Shown here piece after piece: positions 22,838-35,492 of a stretch of DNA of 64,000 bases (position 1 is its first letter; every line of letters begins with the position of its first letter). A model generated the notes under the pieces. That model saw nothing but the letters and a program-made list of their open reading frames with translations. It searched no databases and was not told the origin of the DNA. The position numbers and the translations under genes were made by a program. Source of the DNA: Amoebidium appalachense (lineage: Eukaryota > Protista > Ichthyosporea); the NCBI GenBank assembly GCA_963693365.1, contig CAVNZM010000002.1:1-64000 (forward strand), read 5' to 3'.

Positions 22838-25800
22838 TGTAAACAGTTGAACTAGTTGGGATAAGGCAGAGAACAACTGAATCAGAATAAAGACAGAGAA
22901 CGGGTAGAAAGGCACACGCGGCCAAGTTGCTTTTACTATGGGCCGACTCAGTCTGTCTCAGACTTCACTGATGTGATCCCCGTACTGGGACGGCTTTGTT
23001 ATATAGCCCCCAGGTTTCGGATCAAGGCCCAGGATTGCTTCATCCGCGGCCAGCGCGGGTGGCAACATGCCATTCGTGATTCTGGTGCGGTCCAAGCCAG
23101 TCAGACCTTCGTCCTATTTATGCAAACATCTTATTGGTTCACTTCGTTTATGTGGTATGCAGCGGTAGAATCATACATGGTTCATTTCTTAGGTAAGATT
23201 GATTCCTATTGGTGTGGACATAATATTTATGTGATATTCATGACAAAGAACGAATTGTGTGCTAGTAGATCACATTCTTTAGTAAACATGTACAGTTCAT
23301 GTGTACAGTTGTTTACACTCCCCCCTTGTCGGGAGCCTGGTGGCGTCGTTAGGCAAGCAAACCACCAGGCTGAGAGGCGATAAACAACCTTCAGCGAGAA
23401 TTCTTGTGCGCCGAGCTGCTGGGCAGAACAGAGCAAGGATGGTTGAATAGAGTTGTGCACGTCTATGAGCACTTCTTCGTTTGCCAAAACGTAAATTCAT
23501 GCAGCATTCTTCTGTGCGTTCATTTTCGTGGCGAAGATTGTTGCAGAGTGTTCGTGCGAATTGTTCGCTTCGTCTCTGTGCTTGGCTTTTTCTGTAGAAG
23601 TAATATTTTCCTTTTTGGGAATTTTTCCTTTTTAGGATACTCCCGCAGATTCGTTTTCAATTGCGAGTAATTTGGTTGTGTGGATGAATGATCATACCAA
23701 GCATTCGATAATGAATATAACTCAAGCCTTAGGTCACTTCGTAGCTCAGGTAGTGGTGGATAGCTTCAAGGCTTAGCCGCTGCTCCTTATCCCGGTTCTA
23801 CCTTAAGACTGTAAGGCGAGTCGCCATGGCCAGAAAAGCCACTTCTTTCATGAACAAATAGCACTTCTTTCCTTTCAGCTTTAACCCTGCATCATCGGAG
23901 CTGGGAAAAACATGAATAAAAATGCCCCAAGTGTTCTTCGTTGGGCGACATAAAGAAATATATCAGCCCGTCAGAATTCGAACCAGTAAATATATCAGCC
24001 CGTCAGAATTCGAACCAGTAAAAACCCGGTTCATAATTCATAAGAAGAGGGTAGGCAAAGCAAACCTTCTTCAGAAAACACATGCTTCCATTCGTGAGCA
24101 GTTTTCGTATCCCATTTGCCAGCCATTTTTCGTTGAGCAGGGGGATTCCAGGCATAATACATTCTTCTGGAGGCTTGGCCTAAAAAGAAAAGTCGTCAGA
24201 GTCGCCCTTTCTTTTGTAAGCAACTTCGTGAGCGCGCTTCGTATCTTCATATCCTCCAGTGCAGGTCTGGAGGGGGCCCCATCCTCTGCTTCATTTGTAG
24301 GTGGCCCTACTGTAGGTTCTGTTCGTTGTGTGGAATACCAAAACCATTCGTATTCGTGGAACTGCTTTGTGCTGTGCTTGCTTTCGTGTTGGTGTTCATG
24401 TAGTTACCCCATTCACACACCTACTACTTTCATACATCAGACGTAAGTAGCTGCCTGGGGGGTGTGTGGTTCGTGTTCGTGGCATTCTTCTGTTCCTTCG
24501 TGAGAAGAATATTCGTTTTAGCAGAGGTGCCCAATAAGGCAGCTTGTGGGGTTGTCTCCCGCATGTGCCCATTGGTGGGGTATGCACGTGCTAAATTGTT
24601 ACAGTGTCATCATATTGCAAGGGAATAACATGGTCACCTCCGTACCAGGGCCTAGGTACACATGATGGTCCGATGTGTTAGTCAACAACACCTTGCATTC
24701 GTATTCGTATTCGTCTTCCACGTCACTTTCTTCAGTAGTGAAGGAGGGTATTCGTAATTCGAAACTGAAAGGCTTCCAGCCAAAATACTGACACTGTATG
24801 CTGGGGTTGTGAGGGAACGGTGCCCATACCACATTCTTTTGTTCTGGTGGGGGTGTGCCGGCAGCTAGTGCAAGGCTTGACAGTGTAATTGGTATGTTAC
24901 ACAGTATTGCCACAGACGGGCATTCACCTTAAAATTCGTACCCAACACCTTCTTTGTTTTTCACATGCATGAACAAAAGTTCTGCATCGACTTTATTACA
25001 TGCCTTTTGTGCACCAAGAGTGCAAATTCGTTAGGGCGTGGCACCAGGAAGGGCCGCCATACATGAGGCATATGTTCGTAATGTGTTTAGGCATGCCAGC
25101 ATACATTCATGCGCATGTTGTGCATCCTGTGCGCTAAACTATGGGGCATGCTGTATTCGAAAACAGCAAGAAATTCGAAGCATGCATGCAAAACTACTTT
25201 CACAGCACCTTATGTCCTCAATGCTATAGGAACAGCGACTATCTTCTTCTTTAAATGCATTCGTGCTGAAAGTGGCCGTGCATCTGGCTTGCGAGTGTGG
25301 AGGTGCATGCGGTGGCATGGACACGATGACAGTGTGCAATAGCGCAATGCACGCAAGGGCAACGGTTTTCTTTTCTTCGTAACATAGAGGGGGCTGTGTG
25401 CATTGCAACCCAAGCAGTGTTGTGCATTCGTTCTTTCATTTTCGTATTTCCATTTCATTTTGCTTTCGTTTTTCGTTTTTTGTCGTTTGATAACTTCGTT
25501 ACTTTGTTTTGTTTTGTGTTGCATTCATTTCGTATTTCCTCTATGCATTCGCTTGTCGTTAATTCTTTATTTCATTGCGTATTCGTGATGGTTCGTTTTT
25601 CGTTGGTTCATTGCTTCGTTAGCAATTCTTTATTCGTTTGTTCGTGTATTCGTTGTTTCGTTGTGTATTCGTTTTTCTTCACATTTTTGATGTGTCGTAG
25701 CAAAAGAAGTTTTACATGCTTTCAATTCTTTCCGTGTAGGTGGGCTGGCCACTTCAAACTTGTCGGTGTATATATTCTAAGCCGGACAAGGAAAGATGTG

Positions 25801-26415
25801 CCTATCATCGGGGTAATAAGGATTGTGATCGGCCATGGGAGATTCTTGAGCTGATTGAAAGATGTGAGATTCTTGAACTGATTGAAAGATGTGAGATTCG
25901 AAGGATGCGAGATTCTTGAACTGCGCGGTCGCCAATGTAAACAGTTGAACTAGTTGGGATAAGGCAGAGAACAACTGAATCAGAATAAAGACAGAGAACG
26001 GGTAGAAAGGCACACGCGGCCAAGTTGCTTTTACTATGGGCCGACTCAGTCTGTCTCAGACTTCACTGATGTGATCCCCGTACTGGGACGGCTTTGTTAT
26101 ATAGCCCCCAGGTTTCGGATCAAGGCCCAGGATTGCTTCATCCGCGGCCAGCGCGGGTGGCAACATGCCATTCGTGATTCTGGTGCGGTCCAAGCCAGTC
26201 AGACCTTCGTCCTATTTATGCAAACATCTTATTGGTTCACTTCGTTTATGTGGTATGCAGCGGTAGAATCATACATGGTTCATTTCTTAGGTAAGATTGA
26301 TTCCTATTGGTGTGGACATAATATTTATGTGATATTCATGACAAAGAACGAATTGTGTGCTAGTAGATCACATTCTTTAGTAAACATGTACAGTTCATGT
26401 GTACAGTTGTTTACA
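22838..26415 (-). mobile_element. Non-autonomous Ty3/Gypsy-derived LTR element, family B copy 1 (3.58 kb)
   Basis: Apparently identical 480-bp LTRs (22838-23317, 25936-26415) with TGTAAACA..TGTTTACA ends. TSD atgag. Minus-strand PBS TGGCGACCGCGCAG (25921-25934) and [13 protein letters not shown]. No long ORF, but an RT relic EEHLGH...AGLKLKGKKCYLFMKEVAFL at about 23830-23975. Confidence 0.92.
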
Positions 26416-29400
26416 ATGAGTGCGTCGCGCGCCCGGCGCCTCGAAGGCAAAGCCAAGTACGAACTGATGGCTGCTGTTGATGACACCCTCCGCCCCCAGA
26501 TTCAGTACTGTGCGTCTGCCTGTGCCATGTGGACCGCGCTCAAGACCACCTACATTGTGCTGACCCCTGGTGCTCATACTATGCTGCACAACAGGTGGGC
26601 GCAGCTGGTTGCCGAGCCCAAGGACACCATTGCAGCGATCTTTGCCAAGGTGTTCAACTGCAGCATCAGCTGACGGCAGCCGGCATCCCCGAGTCGGAGG
26701 AGCAAGTGCGGCTGAAGATTTTGGACATGATCCCTAACCGTCTTCGCACTGCCAAGGAGGTGCTGAGCATGGAGCGTGTGCCCCGGTCACTCGATGAGAT
26801 GAAGCACATGCTGCTGACTCAGGAGATCAATCTGCAACGGCAAGGTGTGCAGCCCAGGCAGCCGCCTCCGCGCCGTGACCCGCCTACCACCGCTGCGTTG
26901 GCTGCTGCTGCCACCACTCCGGCCAAGGATGATCCAAGCAAGCGTGGCGGCCGCGGCGGCCGTGGCGGCAAAGGCGGCAACGGCGGCCGGTGTGGCGCAG
27001 GCAACCCTGGTGCTGCTCTGGACCTACTGTATGAAGAACGGTCTCTGCTTCAAGTGCAAGAAGCCTGGCCACCAGCAGACCCAGTGCCCGACCATGCTGG
27101 AGACAATGCGTGCGAAGCTGGCGGCTGCGGAGGCCCTTGCTGGCGACATTGGTGATGCTTTTGGCATGGTGGCTTCGGCCTACATGTGCACAGCGGGTGG
27201 CCCGCCTGCCATTGGGCTGGACGACAAGTGGACCTGGGATGGCGCAGCCTCCCACCACATGACGTGCCACAAAGATGACTTCACCACCCTTGTGCCCCTC
27301 AACCCTGCAGGCACCGTGAATTTAGGTGTTGGCACCGTGCCTGCGGAGGGCCGTGGCACTGTGCAGGTGACTGCATGGCACAGGGGTGTGGCTGCGCGCA
27401 TCACGCTGGATGCCCTGTACGTGCCTGCACTGGGTGCGCGCCTGTTTTCGGCACCCACTGCTGCACAGGCTAGGTGCAGCTCGTTCGTGGCAGCTGACCG
27501 TGTCACCGTCTTCAAGACTGACGGCTGTGTCTACTTTAGGTGTGCCCGCGACCCTGCGGCCAACCTCTACATGTGCCCCTTCACAGCACCTGGCAAGGAG
27601 CTGCCCATAGATGCCCGGGCCCTGATGGCCACACTGGAGGGTGCTACCCCGTGTGTGCTGGCCGAGGGCACCACCATGGTGTGCAAGATCGTCACCCCAT
27701 CACCTGGCTTTGAGGTGGGTACAGCTGCACCAGCGCCTGCACCCTCCGCCCCTGCCCCTGGTGTTTGGACCCCCCCACCCACCCCGCCAAGTTTCCCCCC
27801 TGTTGACGAATTTGCCGACTTACCGGATCTGGGGGTCTCTGATGACAAATTTTTCGAGGGTGAGGAGGAGGCATCCGATGGGGAGGAGGCCGGGGCCCGG
27901 GAGCAGGAGGATTGCAGGCCCCTGGCTGCTGTGCGCGCACCGGTGACAACACCTGCGTGGCCCAGTGGCACCTGCTGCAGCAGGCACCGTGCCTGCACCA
28001 GCACCTGCCCCAGCCACCGATGCCTGCACCGTGCCCGAGGCTGCCCCTACCCCCAGTGCTACCCCTGCTGACCCCACCACGGAGCCGGCAGTGCAGCACC
28101 CGTGGAGCCCCTTCAAGAATGCGGCCAACTTGAAGGCCAGCTACAAGACCTGGCACCAGTGCTATGGCCACATCGGCAAGACTGGCCTGCTGCAGCTGGC
28201 GCGCAGCGGCATGGTTAAGGGTCTGGAGCTCACCACCAGCCCCTCTGCCACCCCTGCCGTGTGTGATGGGTGTGCCATCGGCAAGGCCAAGCAGCACCCC
28301 TTCCCTACCCAAGGCCGCCAGCGTGCAGACACAGTGCTTGGCATTGTGCACGTGATTGTGGGTGGCCCCTACCAGCGGTCTGTGGACAGCTACTACTTCG
28401 TGCTTATGGCTGTGGTTGACAAGACCGGCATGATGTGTGTGGGTCCTGAAGGCACGCAGTGACGTGCCTGCCACCCTGGCTGCCTGGGCCACCAAGATGG
28501 AGCGGCAGCACGGCCACAGGGTGCGCATCTACCGCACGGACGGCGCCAGCGAGTTCAAGTCGCGGGCCTTCCAACGTTTCTGCATCAGCAAGAGCATTGT
28601 GCATCAGATGGTGGTGGCCTATGAGCATGGCAAAAGCGGTGTGGCTGAGCGCTACATCTACACGGTGGTGGACAAGGCCCAGGCCATGATGGCATCTGTG
28701 CCGAACTTCCCCCAAAACCGCTGGCCCGAGACCGTTCGCACGGCGGTGCTGCTGATCAACATGAGCCCCCACAAGGCCGTGTCTGGCATGACACCCTGGC
28801 AGGCATTATATAACCAGGTGCCTGATGTGTCCTACCTCCGTGCCTATGGCTGCCTGGCCTACCCCGCCATCGCCAAGGAGCAGCGCGGCAACAAGCTGGC
28901 ACCACGCGCTCAACGGGGCATTCTGATTGGCTACGGGGAGGAGACCAAGGGCTACCGCATCCTGCTGGTCAACCCCAACGGCAGTTTCGGTTCAGTGGTC
29001 GTTAAGAGGAGTGTGCAGTTCAACGAGGGTGCCACCCTGGTGAAGGGCACGGTCACTGCCCTCAACCCGAGCATGGCCACCAGCCGGGCTGCACCTGGCC
29101 AGACCAGCACAGATGACCCATTTGTGCAGGAGGAGCACACAAGCACGGGTGAGGAGGCAGGCAGGGACACCGACCCTGCCAGCACTGTGGCCACCACGGC
29201 CCCAGACACCAGCAACGACTGCTGGGACAGCAGCGACAGCAAGAGCGAAGATGAGGAGCCAGCACAAGTGGGTGCAGGCATACTCAAGCGTGTGCGTGTG
29301 GATTCGCCGCCCGCCAAATCTGCGCAGCCAGTGGCCGAGCGGGTGCATTTCACCGACAGCAACGTGCCCAGCCACCACCTGCCTAGGGTGACACGGAGTG

Positions 29401-32400
29401 GACACGTGTTCAGCACCCAGCAGTACCTGGGCAACGACAAGGGCACCGTGATAGAGGCCAAGGCGCTGGCCATGACTGCAGCTGCATCTGCGCTAGTGCA
29501 CGGCAAGCAGCCCCTGCAGCCTGCACTGCTGGTTTCGGAGGTGCCCATCCCCAACTCCTACAAGGAGGCCGTGGTCTCAGACCATGCCACCATGTGGAAG
29601 TAGGCATGTGATGCAGAGATGGAGAAGCTGCGGCGCCCTTAACTTATTCGCTGGTGCCACTGCCCGAGTGGGTTCAGCCAACGTCCTGGTGTGGACTTCA
29701 CCGACATCTTTGCCCCCATATCCAGCCCGATCAGTAATGAAGGAAAAGTGCTATAGTAAGGGGACTGCCAGCCACGGCATCACCTACCAGCGCGTCAGGG
29801 TGCCGGGCCATGTGATTGGCTATGTGGATGCTGATTGGGCAGACAACCCAGACAACCGCCGGTCCACCTCCGGCTTCGTGTTTCTGGCCAGCAACGGGGC
29901 CATCAGCTGGTGCTCCAAGCTGCAGACCGTGGTGGCAGACAGCACCGCGGAGGCCGAGTATGTGAGTGCGGCCTGCGCCACCAAGGAGGCCCTGTGGTTG
30001 CGCAAACTGTAGCGCGACTTTGGCTTCAGCACCGCCATGGTGCTGTACGAGGACAACATGGCATGTATCCACATTGCCAAGGACCTCTCCCGCACCAAGC
30101 ACATGGACATCAAGTGGCACCTGGTGCGCCGCCACGTCAAGCAGGGCGACATTGTGCTGGTCTACGTGCCGACCAATCAGCAGGCGGCTGATGCGCTGAC
30201 CAAGGCCCTGCCCCGTGCTGCCTTCGAGAGCTGCAAGCAGACTATGGGCATGGACAGCAAGTGATCATCGTGTGATGTGGAGGCAGGAGTGTGCTAGTTT
30301 ATTACTGCAGGCAGCCGGTGCCTGGGTTGAGGGGTGCGACCAGCGACGCTGCGATATGATTGGCTGATTTGTAGATTAGGTGCTATTGTGTTGTAAGGGG
30401 CGAGTTGGAATATACAACCCTAATATCACTTTAAGTTATTACTAAGTATCATTCTACTAGTGCTAGTTCGTTGTCTATCTGCTTATTTAGCGAGTGTGAT
30501 TATGCGCTCCGCAATCCGATCTTGTGGTGAGCAGTTACGTAATAGCTGGATGGCTCACTGCCGTTTGATTGGCTCGGAGCGCACCGCTTGCAAGTCCCGC
30601 TGGATGGGACTAGGGCTCGGTTAGCTGTATGCTCTACTGTACCCGATGTATTTTCCCGAGAGCACATTGGTTGTGCTCGAGAGCACAACCGTGTTGTGCT
30701 GCCCCGCGGAGTATATAAACCCCGCCACAAATCCATAATAAACCGGGAGTTATATTGATGACTGACTGTTACACAGACTCCAGCACCGTGTAAACACTTG
30801 TGTAATACTTTAAGTTAGGTGATAGTGCATGCAGCCCGACTCGGATTAAGTACACACTTAGTAGGTAGTAGATTGCACCCATATAGAGACTGATCACCTC
30901 CGTGTGTGTGTAAACAACTGTACACATGAACTGTACATGTTTACTAAAGAATGTGATCTACTAGCACACGATTCGTGCTTTGTCATGAATATCACATAAA
31001 TATTATGTCCGCACCAATAGGACTCACTCTGACCTAAGAATTGAACCATATATGGTTCTTCCGCTGCATACCACATAAACGAAGTGAACCAATAAGAGGT
31101 TTGCATAAATAGGACAAAGGTCTGACTGGCTCGGACCGCACCAGAATCACGAATGGCATGTTGCCACCCGCGCTGGCCGCGGATGAACCAATCCTGGGCC
31201 TTGATCCGAAACCTGGGGGCTATATAAGAAAGCCGTCCCAGTACGGGGATCACATCAGTGAAGTCTGAGACAGACTGAGTCGGCCCATAGTAAAAGCAAC
31301 CTGGCCGCGTGTGCCTTTCTACCCGTTCTCTGTCTTTATTTTGATTCAGTTGTACTCTGCCTTATCCTAACTAGTCCAACTGTTTACATTGGCGACCGCG
31401 CAGTTCAAGAATCTCGCATCCTTCGAATCTCACATCTTTCAATCAGTTCAAGAATCTCACATCTTTCAATTACCCCAAGAATCTGCCATGGCCGATCACA
31501 ATCCTTTTTACCACGATGATAGGCACATCTTTCTTTGTCAGGCTTAGAATACATACACATCGACAAGTTTGAAGTGGCCAGCCCACCTCTAAGAACACGG
31601 AAAGAATTGAAAGCATGAAAACCACCTTATACTACGACACATAAAAAACGCGAAGAAAAACGAATACACGAACAAACGATTAAAGAATTACTAACGAAGC
31701 AATGAACCAACGAAAAACGAACCATCACGAATACACAACGAAATAACGAATTAACGACAAAAGAATGCCTAGAGGAAATACGAAATAAACGCAACACGAA
31801 AATAAAACGAAGCCTTAACGAAGTTATGAAACGACGAAAAACGAAAAACGAAAGCAAAATGAAATGGAAACACGAAAATGAAAAGAACGAATGCACAACA
31901 CTGCTTAGGTTGCAATGCACACGGCCCCCTCTATGTTACGAAGAAAAGAAAACCGTTGCCCTTGCGTGCATTGCGCTATTGCACACTGTCATCGTGTCCA
32001 TGCCACCACGTGCACGTCCACACTCGCAACCCAGATGCACGGCCACTTTCAGCACGAATGCATTTAAGGAAGAAGATAGTCGCTGTTCCTATAGCATGTA
32101 GGACATAAGGTGCTGTGAAAGTAGTTTTGCATGCATGCTTCGAATTTCTTGCTGTTGTCGAATACAGCATGCCCCATAGTTTAGCGCACAGGATGCACAA
32201 CATGCGCATGAATGTATGCTGGCATGCCTAAACACATTACGAACATATGGCTCATGTATGGCCCTTCCTGGTGCCATGCAACAACGAATTTGCACTCTTG
32301 GTGCACAGAAGGCATGTAATAAAGTCGATGCAGAACTTTTGTTCGTGCATGCGAAACAAACGAAGCTGTGGGGTACGAATTTACAGGTAACTGCCAGTGT

Positions 32401-32716
32401 GTGGCAATACTGTACAAATACTATAACATACGAACTATGCTGTAAAGCCTGGAATACCTGCATGCAAATTAAAATTGCTGCCGGCACACCCCCACCAGAA
32501 TAAAGAAAACAAAAGAATGTGGTATGGGCACCGTTCCCTCACAACCCCAGCATACAGTGTCAGTATTTTGGCTGGAAGCCTTTCAGTTTCGAATTACGAA
32601 TACCCTCCTTCACTACTGAAGAAAGTGACGTGGAAGACGAATACGAATACGAATGCAAGGTGTTGTTGACTAACACATCGGACCATCATGTGTACCTACT
32701 AGGCCCTGGTACGGAG

Positions 32717-33722
32717 TGTTGGAAGTAGAGTCCGCTGTGACTAGGGTCGTCGTGGCGCGCTTGGGCGCTGACCCGTTTTTTTTACTGCTTTCAGTGTGTT
32801 AACTCCATGACTGAACTCCATGACTGAACTCCATGTCTGCACCTGGCAGAGACGTGGCTTATATACCCGTGGGGCAGCAGTCTGGAATGTAATCCGGATG
32901 CCAGGCGCTAATCGGATTGGTTACTTTCATTTAGAGATCTCTGGGACCAGTGAACCAATCGTTTGCAGTCAAAACACAATTGGCAACATTCCTCAACTAT
33001 GCAGATGTGCATGTGGTGATCGAGTGTCAGCGTGTGTCTGTGTACACGGAACCAATTGTAAAGCTAACATACACATATTGTGGAGTGAGCGTAAGTCTGC
33101 ACTCCAACACCCCTACCCAATTGGAGAAGTGTACACACCACTAGAGAAGAGAGAGTGAGTGTGGCTGCTTGCAGGGTAGACCGGGGTGTGCATTCCACTG
33201 TGGTGCGTGCCCCGCCAATGAAGTGGAATACTTGACGTTGATGTCGCAGGCTGCTGCGGATGGAGTTTGTGGAAGCGAAAGTCTCTAATGAAGTTAGAGG
33301 CCGCGGTGTCGTGTCTGGGCCCATAACCCTGTTGGAAATAGAGTCCGCTGTGACTAGGGTCGTCGTGGCGCGCTTGGGCGCTGACCCGTTTTTTTTACTG
33401 CTTTCAGTGTGTTAACTCCATGACTGAACTCCATGACTGAACTCCATGTCTGCACCTGGCAGAGACGTGGCTTATATACCCGTGGGGCAGCAGTCTGGAA
33501 TGTAATCCGGATGCCAGGCGCTAATCGGATTGGTTACTTTCATTTAGAGATCTCTGGGACCAGTGAACCAATCGTTTGCAGTCAAAACACAATTGGCAAC
33601 ATTCCTCAACTATGCAGATGTGCATGTGGTGATCGAGTGTCAGCGTGTGTCTGTGTACACGGAACCAATTGTAAAGCTAACATACACATATTGTGGAGTG
33701 AGCGTAAGTCTGCACTCCAACA
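32717..33722 (-). mobile_element. TRIM family A copy 2
   Basis: 393-bp LTRs (32717-33109, 33330-33722), 220-bp core, TSD cggag. The empty site is seen in B copy 1 (about 24630-24650). Confidence 0.93.
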
Positions 33723-33782
33723 CGGAGGTGACCATGTTATTCCCTTGCAATATGATGACACTGTAACAATTTAGCACGTGCA

Positions 33783-34262
33783 TGTAAACAACTGTACACA
33801 TGAACTGTACATGTTTACTAAAGAATGTGATCTACTAGCACACGATTCGTGCTTTGTCATGAATATCACATAAATATTATGTCCGCACCAATAGGACTCA
33901 CTCTGACCTAAGAATTGAACCATATATGGTTCTTCAGCTGCATACCACATAAACGAAGTGAACCAATAAGAGGTTTGCATAAATAGGACAAAGGTCTGAC
34001 TGGCTCGGACCGCACCAGAATCACGAATGACATGTTGCCACCCGCGCTGGCCGCGGATGAACCAATCCTGGGCCTTGATCCGAAACCTGGGGGCTATATA
34101 AGAAAGCCGTCCCAGTACGGGGATCACATCAGTGAAGTCTGAGACAGACTGAGTCGGCCCATAGTAAAAGCAACCTGGCCGCGTGTGCCTTTCTACCCGT
34201 TCTCTGTCTTTATTTTGATTCAGTTGTACTCTGCCTTATCCTAACTAGTCCAACTGTTTACA
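33783..34262 (+). mobile_element. Solo LTR of family B inserted inside B copy 2
   Basis: 480-bp LTR with TSD gtgca on both sides and no PBS/PPT. The empty site is present in B copy 1 (about 24580-24595). Confidence 0.92.
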
Positions 34263-35492
34263 GTGCATACCCCACCAATGGACACATGCGGGAGACAACC
34301 CCACAAGCTGCCTTATTGGGCACCTCTGCTAAAACGAATATTCTTCTCACGAAGGAACAGAAGAATGCCACGAACACGACCACAAACTCACCAGGCAGCT
34401 ACTTACATCTAATGTATGTAAGAAGTAGGGTGTGTGAACGGGGTAACTTCATGAACACCAACACGAAAGAAAGCACAGCACAAAGCAGTTCCACGAACAC
34501 GAATGGTTTTGGTTTTCCACACAACGAACAGAACCAACAGTAGGGCCACCTACAAATGAAGCAGAGGATGGGGCACCATCCAGACCTGCACTGGAGGATA
34601 TGAAAACACGAAGCGCGCTCACGAAGTTGCTTACAAAAGAAAGGGCGACTGTGACGACTTTTCTTTTTAGGCCAAGCCTCCAGAAGAATGTATTATGCCT
34701 GGAATCCCCCTGCTCAACGAAAATGGCTGGCAAATGGGATACGAAAACTGCTCACGAATGGAAGCATGTGTTTTCTGAAGGAGGCTTGCTTTGCCTACCC
34801 TCTTCTTATGAATTATGAACCGGGCTTTTACTGGTTCTGACGGGTGATATATTTCTTTATGTCGCCCAACGAAGAACGCTTGGGCATTTTTATTCATGTT
34901 TTTCCCAGCTCCGATGATGCAGGGTTAAAGCTGAAAGGAAAGAAGTGCTATTTGTTCATGAAAGAAGCGGCTTTTCCGGCCATGGCGACTCGCCTTACAG
35001 TCTTAAGGTAGAACCGGGATAAGGAGCAGCGGCTAAGCCTTGAAGCTATCCACCACTACCTGAGCTACGAAGTGACCTAAGGCTCGAGTTATATTCATTA
35101 TCGAATGTTTGGTATGATCATTCATCCACACAACCAAATTACTCGCAATTGAAAACGAATCTGCGGGAGTATCCTAAAAAGGAAAAATTCCCAAAAAGGA
35201 AAATATTACTTCTACAGAAAAAGCCAAGCACAGAGACGAAGCGAACAATTCGCACGAACACTCTGCAACAATCTTCGCCACGAAAATGAAAGCACAGAAG
35301 AATGCTGCATGAATTTACGTTTTGGCAAACGAAGAAGTGCTCATAGACGTGCACAACTCTATTCAACCATCCTTGCTCTGTTCTGCCCAGCAGCTCGGCG
35401 CACAAGAATTCTCGCTGAAGGTTGTTTATCGCCTCTCAGCCTGGTGGTTTGCTTGTCTAACGACACCACCAGGCTCCCGACAAGGGGGGGAG

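Larger units (their letters stand above)
21995..30264 (+). pseudogene. Disrupted Copia gag-pol of element C
   Basis: Gag MAPRSN...WLAYAKSKG and ASACAMWTALK, zinc knuckle CFKCKKPGHQQTQC, protease WTWDGAASHHM, integrase WHQCYGH..CDGC / YRTDGASEF / GVAER, RT fragment GFSQRPGVDFTDIFAP, RNase H YVDADWAD..RRSTSG / RTKHMDIKWH / ADALTKAL. It has frameshifts, stops, two insertions and no RT core. Confidence 0.9.

Noticed and set aside
22973-23383. Five-copy ORF MIPVLGRL... (also 26071, 30894, 33771, 42196) looking like a gene family
   Set aside because: It lies inside the family B LTR, starts at GTG, and its C-terminus changes with the flanking DNA.
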